From: Lachnospiraceae bacterium | Lineage (GTDB): Bacteria; Bacillota; Clostridia; Lachnospirales; Lachnospiraceae | Reading direction: 5' to 3' | Assembly (NCBI GenBank): GCA_022799755.1 | Contig: JAAWOU010000005.1 | Span: 6,878-70,877 of the forward strand | Length of the DNA stretch: 64,000 nt | Part shown: one piece after another, positions 36,582 to 46,158 of the stretch | How positions within the stretch are numbered: the stretch's first letter is position 1 | Layout: every line of letters starts with the position of its first letter | Made by a program: the position numbers and the translations under genes | Notes under the pieces: generated by a model | What the model saw: only the letters and a program-made list of their open reading frames with translations | Databases searched by the model: none | Told to the model about the DNA's origin: nothing

Positions 36582-39343
36582 TTCTCTTGTCTTTCTCCTC
36601 CTGCTTCATCCCCTTGGGGAAAATTTTCCCGTGCCGGCGCGGCCGCGCCTGTTCCCTCTCCCCCTGGGGTGTTTTCCGTGTTTCCCGTTCTTTCCGCCGC
36701 TTTCTCTGTCGGCTTTTTTGTGTTTTCCCCTGCTGTTCTCTGTATTGCTATGTCTCTAGTCCTTTCCCCCGGGATATCTCCGATCGGTTTTTTCCCCTCT
36801 GCCGTCCGAAGACGTTTCCGTCGCCCCAGTATCATGACTGCCGCAAACCCTGCAATGCTCACGGCGCTTACCGCAATTCCGGCTTCCAATCCCTCCGGCA
36901 CATACTTCATTTCAAAGCTGTATGCCCCCGGCTCCAGGTCAAAAGCCATCAGGCAGCCGCCGAACAGCACACCCTCTGTCTCCTCCCCGTTCACGGACAC
37001 CTCCCAGCCCGCCTCATAGGGCACAGAGAGAATCAGCCGTCCCGCCTCTTCCATCACAATGCTCCCTGTCAGGGAATCGTTCTCCCAGACTACCTGCTCC
37101 ATATGCTGCGCCGAGAGCACCGAAAGCGCCTGTCTGAGCACTCCCTCGTCCATCCCAAACACATCCGCCTGAATCCTCGGCGATTCGTCGTCCTCGTCCC
37201 CATTGGTCAAAGTGATGGTCTGATCCTTTTCCAGGTATCCCAGATACAGCACGGAGCCCTTTTTCAGGTCATTATATTTCTCCTCCCCTGTACTGCCGCC
37301 GATGCAGTCCACCTTTGCCGTTCCGGAAGCTGTGAGGATGGCATAGTAATACCCGCCCTCCTGAGCCGTAAATTCCACATCGTCTCCCCGGGTCTCGGCA
37401 GCAGCTTCAAAAAACAGCTCCCCGTCTATATTCAAATCTTTCACCATCCGGTTTTGCAGCTTCAGCCCATGATTCTCATACCCTTTCGGCAGGTCAAAAC
37501 CCGTCGGAGCCACATAGCCAAAAGGCAGCGCCGCATTGCATTCGTAGAGGCAGATATCCCCGCTTTGGGCAATCATGGTATAGAGACCGTTCTCATAATC
37601 CGGAGACTCTCCGAACATGTACCGCACATTCAGCATGGCGGAAGTAAGCGCCGTAGCGCCGTCAAAGCCATAGTACACCTTGCTGTGGCGCATCCCCAGC
37701 CTCTTGTACATATCCATCACATAGGAATTCAGCGTGGAGGAAAACACGCTGGCTGTAGGGTAACCTGTGAGGGTTCCGTCATTTTTGGTCTTTCTCGTAA
37801 ACTTTTCGATCCGGTAAAAGCTTTCCTCCCTTTTCCGGCTCTCCTCATAGAGGGCCTTATAATCCTCCTGCTGCCCCAGATAAGCGCTGCGGCTCACTGT
37901 CCCTATACTGGTGGCGCCGGTATTGACGGCGCATTCCGCCACTGCCAGTGTCAACGCCATCACTGCCAGTCCCCTGTGCAGCGCCCTGTCCTCCCTTGTC
38001 CTGTACAGATACAGAAACACAGCATACAGGCTGACCAAGACAAGCGTCAGCAGCTTTACCCCAAATTCAAAATCCTCATGATCAATAAACTTCTCACAGA
38101 ACAGAATAAATCCCACCGCAAAGAGAAAACCGTGAAGAATCTGCCGTTCATCCGTCTCCTTTACCCGGCAATAGGCATCATAGCACATGGTCAGCACCAG
38201 GAAAATATAGATAAAAGACTGTCTGCCAGGCAGAGAATCCGGATAATTCAGCCCATGCCAGAGAAAGTCCAGGATATTCGTACTAAATCCCAGCAGCATG
38301 AAGCCCGCCAGAGCCATACGGCAGAATCTCTCCCGAATGGAAATGCGTCTGTTTATCACGTACATGGGGATCAACAGCAGCACCGCGCTTCCGCAGTAGA
38401 TATTGGGCCAGTGGTCCAGGCCTCGCTCCGTGCTGACGCACACACAATGTCTGGCCAGCATGTCCAGCACCGAGAAGTAGGACTCTATCTTCTCCGGAAA
38501 ATCCATGTCCCCGAAATCTGTCCGCAGAATGGCGCACACCTCGGGAATCAGCAGCACCGCCGCCATCCCCCCTGCCAGTATGGAATATAGCGCGAACCGC
38601 GGAACATCCTTTTTGCATATATTGCCCAGACTTCTCCTTTCCGTCACCAGAAGCATCAGGAAATACAGCACCAGAAAGATGCAGATCATAATCGAGATAT
38701 AGTAGTTCGTAAGGATAGACAGAGCCAGTGTAATGCAGTACAGCCCGCAGCGCCCCTCTCTCACCAGCCGCTCCAGCCCCAGGACAATCAGCGGCAGCAG
38801 CACCACACAGTCCACCCACATAATATTGTAATTGTAAGCAGCCATAAAGCCCGAAAGCGCGTAAAAACAGGACAGCAGCAGCCCCCCCATCTCTCTCCGG
38901 GCGCCCTGCTCGGCGGACAGGGCATTCCCCTCCCCCGCACGAGAGCGTCTTTGCAGATAGAAAAAGGACGTCAGTCCCGCCAGCCCTGTCTTGAATACGA
39001 TCAGATAGCTCATGAATTCCATCAGGTGGCTTTCCGGCACCAGCAGAGAAAATAGATGGAAAGGGCTCGCCAGATAATACACAAACAGCGCCAGGAAATT
39101 AGAACCGATTCCCACATGGAACGAAAAGCTCAGATTCTCTCCGCCCCTGACCTTGTGCAGCAGTTCACTGAAAAAAGGCATGTATTGATGGTACAGGTCC
39201 CCGGACAGAAAGCTTCTGTCCCCAAAGGGATAAATCCCGTTTCCCACAAATAATGCCAGCATGATCAAACCCGGCAGCAACAGGGACAAAACCAGCGTCG
39301 TCTGCTGCCAGCCTATCGTAATATTAAATCTTTTCCTTTTCAT
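36578..39343 (-). CDS. YfhO family GT-C membrane glycosyltransferase
   Basis: GDLYHQYMPF, YYLASPF, NYYISIMICIF, WHGLNYP..LPGRQSF, LSVPYEAGW. Confidence 0.9.
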   Translation of the reverse strand: MKRKRFNITIGWQQTTLVLSLLLPGLIMLALFVGNGIYPFGDRSFLSGDLYHQYMPFFSELLHKVRGGENLSFSFHVGIGSNFLALFVYYLASPFHLFSLLVPESHLMEFMSYLIVFKTGLAGLTSFFYLQRRSRAGEGNALSAEQGARREMGGLLLSCFYALSGFMAAYNYNIMWVDCVVLLPLIVLGLERLVREGRCGLYCITLALSILTNYYISIMICIFLVLYFLMLLVTERRSLGNICKKDVPRFALYSILAGGMAAVLLIPEVCAILRTDFGDMDFPEKIESYFSVLDMLARHCVCVSTERGLDHWPNIYCGSAVLLLIPMYVINRRISIRERFCRMALAGFMLLGFSTNILDFLWHGLNYPDSLPGRQSFIYIFLVLTMCYDAYCRVKETDERQILHGFLFAVGFILFCEKFIDHEDFEFGVKLLTLVLVSLYAVFLYLYRTREDRALHRGLAVMALTLAVAECAVNTGATSIGTVSRSAYLGQQEDYKALYEESRKREESFYRIEKFTRKTKNDGTLTGYPTASVFSSTLNSYVMDMYKRLGMRHSKVYYGFDGATALTSAMLNVRYMFGESPDYENGLYTMIAQSGDICLYECNAALPFGYVAPTGFDLPKGYENHGLKLQNRMVKDLNIDGELFFEAAAETRGDDVEFTAQEGGYYYAILTASGTAKVDCIGGSTGEEKYNDLKKGSVLYLGYLEKDQTITLTNGDEDDESPRIQADVFGMDEGVLRQALSVLSAQHMEQVVWENDSLTGSIVMEEAGRLILSVPYEAGWEVSVNGEETEGVLFGGCLMAFDLEPGAYSFEMKYVPEGLEAGIAVSAVSIAGFAAVMILGRRKRLRTAEGKKPIGDIPGERTRDIAIQRTAGENTKKPTEKAAERTGNTENTPGGEGTGAAAPARENFPQGDEAGGERQEK

Positions 39344-39706
39344 AATCGTCGATTTCCGTCTCCGGCCCGCAGACCGGCACTTGCCTCCCTCAGCCTGCCT
39401 ATTTCAAGAGCGCTCCCCCTAAGTGTGCTTTCACCGGACGGATTCTGCAGCATACGGCTGATGTAACGTCATTATAGCCCAATCCAAAGAAAATGTCCAT
39501 CCTTTCATCCATATTCCTTTCATTCTATTCCTTTCATTCCCGCTGCTTTCCCGGTTGCTGTTCACGGCGCTTTCCCTGCCTCACCTTGATTTCTTTGGGA
39601 TTTCGCTTTGGCTGACCTGAGGATTTCATTGGAGCGCCTGTTCTGTTTTTATCATTATCCGTTTTCCCATGCTATCTTATACATGATAGGCATATAATAG
39701 TGTGAG

Positions 39707-40369
39707 ATGACGTTTCGGGAATCAACGATCATGAAAATAGCCATTGCGGGGAGGACGGAGAAAACCGGGAATTACGTGAGATATGTGGAAGCAGCGGGGG
39801 CAGCGGCGATTGTGACATTGCTCCCGTCAGAGGCAATGGCCTGTGACGGCCTCCTGCTGCCGGGAGGCGGCGACATCGCCCCGGCATTCTATGGGGAGAT
39901 AAACCGCGGCTGTACTGAGATTGACACGGAACTGGATATTCTGCAGCTGCAGATCTTTGACTTGGCGCTGCAAAAAAGCATGCCTGTTCTGGGTATCTGT
40001 AAAGGACTTCAGATCATCAATGTAGGCTTAGGAGGCACCCTGATCCAGGATCTGGCGCCGCCTGTAAAAGAAAGACACCGGTATGACAGCAAAGATCAAT
40101 ACCACGAAACCGTCATCACCGAAAATTCCTGGCTGCATGGACTCTACGGCACCAGAGCGGTCGTAAACAGCGCCCACCATCAGGCCATACGCAAGCTGGG
40201 AAAAGGGCTCACCGCAGTCTCTTACTGTCCGCAGGACGGCTGTATCGAGGCCATTGCCCACGAGAGCCTGCCCGTCGTCGGCGTCCAGTGGCATCCCGAG
40301 CGCATCGACTCCTGTCAATCCGGCACAGACGGGAAGAAAGTGCTGGCCTATTTTACCGCCCTGGTTTGA
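39707..40369 (+). CDS. Peptidase C26 / gamma-glutamyl-GABA hydrolase family glutamine amidotransferase
   Basis: DGLLLPGGGDI, LGICKGLQ, VNSAHHQA, GVQWHPE. Confidence 0.9.
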   Translation: MTFRESTIMKIAIAGRTEKTGNYVRYVEAAGAAAIVTLLPSEAMACDGLLLPGGGDIAPAFYGEINRGCTEIDTELDILQLQIFDLALQKSMPVLGICKGLQIINVGLGGTLIQDLAPPVKERHRYDSKDQYHETVITENSWLHGLYGTRAVVNSAHHQAIRKLGKGLTAVSYCPQDGCIEAIAHESLPVVGVQWHPERIDSCQSGTDGKKVLAYFTALV

Positions 40370-40513
40370 CCAGCACCAGACGATGGTCTGATCGCCGTAT
40401 TTTTCGGTCCTCCCGCACAAACCCTCGCATAAAAGGCCGGGAGCCGGAAATCTTGTCCTGACTGCGCAGGTTTCCGCAGGCAAGACACAAGCCTTTCATC
40501 ATAAAGTCCGCCC

Positions 40514-41770
40514 TCAGATCACTGCCATCATTTTTATATAATCCTCCGATTTATCACGCATAATACGCAGGCCTTTTTCCAGGTTTTCTAACGGCAGGCG
40601 GTGTGAAATGAGCTGCTCTGCCATGATATCCCTGTGCGAAAGCCGATCCAGCGCATAATGCCAGTCGTCTGACCCGGCATGCGTAAAAGAAGAGTTCCAT
40701 GTACCTGTGAGAGTCAGCTGGTTCCGCAGGATCTTCCAGTAGACTTCCTTTTCCAGCGTCATGTCCGAGGCGGGATTCCCCACCAGGCAGATTTTTCCCG
40801 CCGCAGCGGCGCTGTCCACGGCCCGGCGCACGGTCTCGTTCCTCCCCACACACTCGAAGATCACGTCCGCTCCATGGCCGCCTGTCCGTTCCATGATCCA
40901 TTGACGGCCATCCTGTGTCCTGGTGTCGCAGTAAGCTTGCGCAGGCAGTCCCAGCTCCAGAATCTTCTGTCTCTGGAAATCCTTATTGCCGATTACAAGA
41001 ATCCGGTTCTCCGAATCCCCGGATTTCCCGACGGACTGACTCCTTTCCTGCAAAAGCGCCGTAAGCAGCAGCCCTATGGTTCCCAGGCCCCAGACTACAA
41101 TTATTGCGTCATCCGTTGCCGCAGCAGGCACGGTTTGCCTGGCAGTGTGAGATGTCCGCTGTCCTCTGTCCTCCCCGCCAGGCGCCAACACTCCCTCAGC
41201 CCTTGCCTGATCTCCCCGGAGATTCTCCCCGGCAGCCTCCCGCGCCGGTACATTCACCGGGCAAGACGCATCTCCCAGCACCCGCCTCATGGCATGGACT
41301 GCCACCGCCATAGGCTCCAGCATGGCTGCCTCCTCAAAGGAAACACTGTCCGGCAGCTCTATCAAATTCTCGGCCGGGACAGCCACATATTCCCCAAAGC
41401 CGCCGTCCCTGCGGGAGCCCAGATAGCCGTAATTCCGGCACATTTCATATTGCCCGGCCAAACAGGGTCCGCATAAGCCGCAGGGAATCAGCGGAAATAC
41501 GCCCACCCTTTTCCCAAGCCAGCCCGGATCCGCGCCCTGGCCTGCCGCAGCCACCGTGCCGGAGAATTCGTGCCCGGGTACCAGCGGATGGACATGCGCT
41601 CCTGTTTTATAAATTCTGGGGATATCCGAACCGCAGATGCCCGCAGCCTTTACGTTCACCAGGACTTCACCTGGAGCCAAAGCGGGCTTTTCCTTTGTTT
41701 CGAACCGGATATCGTTAATACCGTGCAGAACCCATGCTTTCATTTTCCACTCCTTTGCGCACTTCGGCAC
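40514..41770 (-). CDS. Zn-dependent sugar-alcohol(-phosphate) dehydrogenase (GatD-like)
   Basis: GICGSD, GHEFSG, CGLCGPC..C, EPMAVAVH, GLGTIG, GTWNS. Confidence 0.88.
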   Translation of the reverse strand: MPKCAKEWKMKAWVLHGINDIRFETKEKPALAPGEVLVNVKAAGICGSDIPRIYKTGAHVHPLVPGHEFSGTVAAAGQGADPGWLGKRVGVFPLIPCGLCGPCLAGQYEMCRNYGYLGSRRDGGFGEYVAVPAENLIELPDSVSFEEAAMLEPMAVAVHAMRRVLGDASCPVNVPAREAAGENLRGDQARAEGVLAPGGEDRGQRTSHTARQTVPAAATDDAIIVVWGLGTIGLLLTALLQERSQSVGKSGDSENRILVIGNKDFQRQKILELGLPAQAYCDTRTQDGRQWIMERTGGHGADVIFECVGRNETVRRAVDSAAAAGKICLVGNPASDMTLEKEVYWKILRNQLTLTGTWNSSFTHAGSDDWHYALDRLSHRDIMAEQLISHRLPLENLEKGLRIMRDKSEDYIKMMAVI

Positions 41771-41869
41771 ACACTATTTCCCGCCATGCCGCCTGGGGCG
41801 GCAGTGCCATAACTTAGAACATCTTAGCAAATGTACTTTGGCCGCTTCAGATCCCGCGGCAAGTTCTCT

Positions 41870-42610
41870 TCAGGGACGCTTCCCCTGATTGATAAGCTCC
41901 CGAAACCGCTCCAGATCCGCTTTCGTGGTAATCTTAAAGTTCTTCTCATCCCCCGGAATCATTGCAATATCCATCCCTGCCATTACCGCAGGCTCCGTGG
42001 AACCGTTGATCTGCAGGATGCGCTCCGGTAAAAGACTGCGGTTGGCCTCCAGGTATTTTCCGAGGACAAATGCTTCCGGCGCCTGTCCCGCAAAGACTGC
42101 CCCTCTGTCCAAAAGAGATGTAATCCTATGTCCGTCCCCGCTGCAGTAGACCGTATCTTTCATGGGAAGCACAGGAATAGCTCCGTCATGGTCCACAGCC
42201 GCCTCCAGGCAGGCAGAGATCATATCTGCCGACAGCAGCGGCCTTGCCGCGTCATGTACCAGCACAAAATCCGTCTCGCTTCCATCCTGAAGTATGTCCT
42301 CCAGACCATGGAGAACGGAAAGCTGCCTGTTCTCCCCGGGCAGGGAAAATCCTCTGAATTTCTGTTCCACATCCGCAGTTTCCAGCCATCCCAGAATCTC
42401 CTCCTGCCATGCCGGCTCTGCCACGATCCAAATCGCGTCTATCCCGCCGTGTCGGGACAGAGTCTCTATGCAATAGGAAATGACGGACCTGCCGCCCACT
42501 TCCAGGTATTGCTTGGGGATATCCGTCCCCAGGCGCCTGCCGGTACCGCCAGATAAAATCAATGCTATGTTTCTTCTGTAATCAGTATCTTTATCATTCA
42601 AATCTGACAT
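41870..42610 (-). CDS. IspD/TarI family cytidylyltransferase
   Basis: LSGGTGRRLG..IPKQY, VHDAARP, GQAPEAF, NFKITT..DL. Confidence 0.9.
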   Translation of the reverse strand: MSDLNDKDTDYRRNIALILSGGTGRRLGTDIPKQYLEVGGRSVISYCIETLSRHGGIDAIWIVAEPAWQEEILGWLETADVEQKFRGFSLPGENRQLSVLHGLEDILQDGSETDFVLVHDAARPLLSADMISACLEAAVDHDGAIPVLPMKDTVYCSGDGHRITSLLDRGAVFAGQAPEAFVLGKYLEANRSLLPERILQINGSTEPAVMAGMDIAMIPGDEKNFKITTKADLERFRELINQGKRP

Positions 42611-42681
42611 TCCTCCCCGGGCTGCCGTATGTCCGCGGCCTGGCAGCCACAGCTTTTCGCCTCTCAGTTTCTTTGCTGCCC

Positions 42682-43557
42682 TTACAGGCCATATCTCTCA
42701 TACAAGGTATCTCGAAACTTCTCGTCCTTTATGGCTCGTTCCAGATCAACAGCCCTTTTTTCCTCTACCAGTTTTGAGTAGAGCCGGTTCACACGAGTTT
42801 CTCCTTCTTTTCTTCCTTCTTCTCTGCCTTCTTCTCTTCCCTCTTCCCGCATGGTCTCAGCGAACGCTTCTTCATCAAATTCTGTAAGCAACATAAGCTT
42901 CACCTCCGCTTTCTTTTTTAGAAGATATTCTTTCAGCACTTCTTCTTTTGTGCATCTGTCAATTGCTTTGTCCATGGCTTCAGGCAGGCTGTCTCCGGAC
43001 TCCTGATATTCACGGACATACGCTATCAATGTTACATATCCTTTTAAGGCAGGGCAGCTCTTTAGCAGATTTCGGTTGCCTCCTCTACTGACATTCAGCA
43101 TATGAGCCGTCCACTCATACCCCTCTCGCGAAACCAGGAAAGCGTCCGAAAGCTTCAGCTCCTGTCTCTCCGGTGCATCCTCTCTTCCGTTGTAGAATAC
43201 ATAGTAGTCAGGACCCGGAATCTTTACAAGCTTCTTGCCATACAGCTTTATGCCTTTTGCTTTTAATATTTCGTCGATGTTATGAGCGTAGTAAATTAGC
43301 CCTCTCAGCGGCATATTGTAGTTCAAACTGCTCTGATGCTCCCACAATGTCAGCTGATTCTGAAACAATACCGATACATCGTTTTTCCCATGCATGTAAA
43401 TCGCGTCAGACAGCGTAACAATCTCCAGACTGTCGGTATCCTTATAATCCGTGCCGTTCAGGGCATTATACAGGGACAGCGCATTTCGCTTATCCGAGAA
43501 CAGATCGTTAAATACCGTGTCCTTGTGGTTTCGTTGTACATAGTTTCCGTTTGACAT
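42682..43557 (-). CDS. Rpn-family (PD-(D/E)XK nuclease/putative transposase) protein
   Basis: KDTVF..LF, KNDVS, EHQSS..NMPLR, YVFYNG, LKLSDAF and EEGREEGREEG repeats. Confidence 0.8.
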   Translation of the reverse strand: MSNGNYVQRNHKDTVFNDLFSDKRNALSLYNALNGTDYKDTDSLEIVTLSDAIYMHGKNDVSVLFQNQLTLWEHQSSLNYNMPLRGLIYYAHNIDEILKAKGIKLYGKKLVKIPGPDYYVFYNGREDAPERQELKLSDAFLVSREGYEWTAHMLNVSRGGNRNLLKSCPALKGYVTLIAYVREYQESGDSLPEAMDKAIDRCTKEEVLKEYLLKKKAEVKLMLLTEFDEEAFAETMREEGREEGREEGRKEGETRVNRLYSKLVEEKRAVDLERAIKDEKFRDTLYERYGL

Positions 43558-44071
43558 GTGGTTTTCTCCCTAATTTGTTATATTGTTCTTTTGTACGGAA
43601 GCTATTTTGAACTATGTACTACTATATTAACATATGGGGGAGAGGGTGTAAATGTAGACTTTATCCAGCTACTCTGTATAGCATCTTTTACCCTCGATGA
43701 ATCCTATGTTCTATCACTTATTTATTTTTCTTCGTGAAACAACCCTGTATCCAGGATATGTCAAGTACTGATTCTGTGTACGCTTCGGTAAATTCTTTCG
43801 TTAGGTCCTTACAGCTCATGAATACTTACCAGTTTCTCAGAAAAGATAAAGAAAAAACGCTATAGCGCGCCACTGTATCTTTTGAAATTTTTTCTTCCTT
43901 GACGTTAGCGCCAAGTGCAATCCCAAGATCAGCCTTACCGCCCCCTTTTTACAGTACCGGGAACAACTCTTCTAGAAAACTGAGAGGGTGATTCTGATAA
44001 AATAAGTGGTATGTAAATGACGTTTTTACTGAAAGGTATTATGCAATTTATTTCCAAAATACAGTAACCCT

Positions 44072-44696
44072 GAACCACTACCGGTTAAAGCCGATAGGTT
44101 CGATAAGCTGCTAAAGCAGCCTAAAGGGATCACATTCCAACTCTTTCCTTTCATACTACTTTTCCCCGATTTCAAAGTTGTCAGAGTTACTTCGCTCCTG
44201 TAGATCCTGGTTCTTATTATATTCTTTGATTATTTCGTCCATCACGTTTCCGCTGCTTGCCACAAAATACCCTCTCGCCCATAGATGATGTCCCCAGAAC
44301 TGCTTATTTAGTTCCTTATATTCCATCTGAAGCTTCCTTGATGTATTTCCCTTGATATACTACACCAGCTTGCTTGCGGATAGATAGGGCGGCACCGATA
44401 CCACCAGATGTATATGGTCACTTCCCACATGTCCTGCCAGAATCTCTACTTCATTTCTTTGACAGACGATTCGAATCAGCTCCCTCGTCCGAAAGGCAAT
44501 CTGTCCTGTTATCACGGGTTTCCTGTACTTTATTATCCACACCAGATGGTATTTGATATCATATGTGCTATGGGCTGATTTCCTGTAGTTTTCCATTTTT
44601 ATCACCTCAAGTTTAGTATCTCTGTTTTACATCATCCTAAACTTGGGGATTGGGGTTACCTAAAGGTTTCGCCTTAAGGCAAGGGTATTAACCCCA
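44072..44696 (-). mobile_element. IS200-like element (tnpA only) with terminal hairpins
   Basis: Hairpins CTACCGGTTAAAGCCGATAG and GCTGCTAAAGCAGC at the 3' end, and GGGGTTA...TAACCCC at the 5' end, flank tnpA. Exact ends are uncertain. Confidence 0.75.
44156..44596 (-). pseudogene. tnpA: IS200/IS605 transposase TnpA (Y1) with an internal TAG stop
   Basis: YHLVWIIKYRK, DHIH (HUH), then SKLV*YIKGNTSRKL..LWARGYFVASSG..IIKEY in the same frame. Confidence 0.9.
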
Positions 44697-44781
44697 TTAT
44701 ACAGACAATAAATAACGTTATTACGCAAAAAGTAACGTTTAGGAGCTCTTAATGAAAGCATTTTTCATAGCCTCATAGGCA

Positions 44782-46014
44782 TTATGTGATCTTTGCATGA
44801 ATCTTTTTATAATCTTCGAACTTTCTGATTAAAATCCTTTCTATATTCTCAGGCATTCGCTTATGAACTTCACTATTGCCTGGCTCTATCATTTGCATAA
44901 GATCCATATCATATTTTTCAATCGCCTCTACGAGCATTGAAACCTCATTTTCATATACTCTTTGTGCTAAGGAATGAAAGGTATCTGACAAATATACATC
45001 AATTTTCCTTCTTTCAAGTACAAAACCTGCATCTATATACTCGCCGACTAAATGAGTGGAAACCCCAATCGGTTTATTTTCGATAATTGCCCACTTGAAT
45101 GCATCAAGACCTCTACAGTCAGGAATATACCCAGGATGCGCATTTATTATTGTATGTTCTTTCACAAATTCATTGGCTAAGATTCCAGCACCTGCAACTA
45201 ACACAAGTCGATTCGTCTCTATTTTAAAAGATTCCAACTGCCCAATTTTATATTGATAATTCAGATTCTTACAGAAAATCTCTATATCTGGTATGCTATA
45301 ATTCATTTCAGGACGATGTTGATATATCGGAAATTTTTTCTTCTGATAATGAAAAGGGATTGCGCATACCATAACATCTGTATATCCATTCGCTTTCAAA
45401 AGGCTTAAAACATCAAACGTTTTCCGATGTTTTACCGGATATGTTAAAACTGCAATTTTCTTTTGTAATTTACCACTTCCATATACATTGTCCGAAAGCA
45501 ACTCTAAATACCATACAAATTCTTCAGCCTTAATTCCTGTGTATTCAACATTTACACATAAGTTTTCAAAGTTCACCCTTTGATAATTATTTTTGTCAAA
45601 AAACTTTAATGCCCTCCTATTCTCGGGGGCAACACTCCAATATACTTTTTGAATACCATGCGTATGCGCATATTCAAGCATTTCATGTATAGCATAAATT
45701 GAATAGCCCTTTTGCATTGCCACATTTCGGACTATTATCTCAAGTTCAGCAGATTTATCCACATGATTGATATTCTTAAGCCTAATTGTCCCCATATATG
45801 TGTCATCTTCATCAACAACTGCTATACCAATATATTTCTCTCCTATGCTGTCATTGATAAATGCAATACAGTTTTCTATTGTCATATTCAGAAAATTTTT
45901 GTCGATATCATTAACCACAGAAACATCGTGCATCCATTCCAGCATATAAGGCGCATCTTCCAATTTAAGTCTTCGCAATCTCATAACTTTCTCCGATAAG
46001 GTGTACTTTAACAA
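44782..46014 (-). CDS. GNAT acetyltransferase fused to a formyltransferase (Formyl_trans_N) domain
   Basis: N-terminal LRRL..EDAPYMLEWMHD..N.RALKFF; C-terminal IINAHPGYIP..RG and STH...IDAG. Confidence 0.8.
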   Translation of the reverse strand: MLKYTLSEKVMRLRRLKLEDAPYMLEWMHDVSVVNDIDKNFLNMTIENCIAFINDSIGEKYIGIAVVDEDDTYMGTIRLKNINHVDKSAELEIIVRNVAMQKGYSIYAIHEMLEYAHTHGIQKVYWSVAPENRRALKFFDKNNYQRVNFENLCVNVEYTGIKAEEFVWYLELLSDNVYGSGKLQKKIAVLTYPVKHRKTFDVLSLLKANGYTDVMVCAIPFHYQKKKFPIYQHRPEMNYSIPDIEIFCKNLNYQYKIGQLESFKIETNRLVLVAGAGILANEFVKEHTIINAHPGYIPDCRGLDAFKWAIIENKPIGVSTHLVGEYIDAGFVLERRKIDVYLSDTFHSLAQRVYENEVSMLVEAIEKYDMDLMQMIEPGNSEVHKRMPENIERILIRKFEDYKKIHAKIT

Positions 46015-46158
46015 ACTCTAGATTTCCCATTTTCTACATTTCCATTACCATTTCTATAGAAATCTCAGCTATGTATCAAATGTTCTCAGTCCTCCCGGAG
46101 TTAATACCAGCTTGAAGAAAGAAATGTATTCCGTTTCTGTACACCACATAGCCATTTT

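Noticed and set aside
39500-39540. Three short CCTTTCATYC tandem units
   Set aside because: Low-complexity pyrimidine tract with no evidence of function.
43560-44070. Intergenic stretch with short broken reading frames
   Set aside because: No family, repeat or RNA structure was recognisable.
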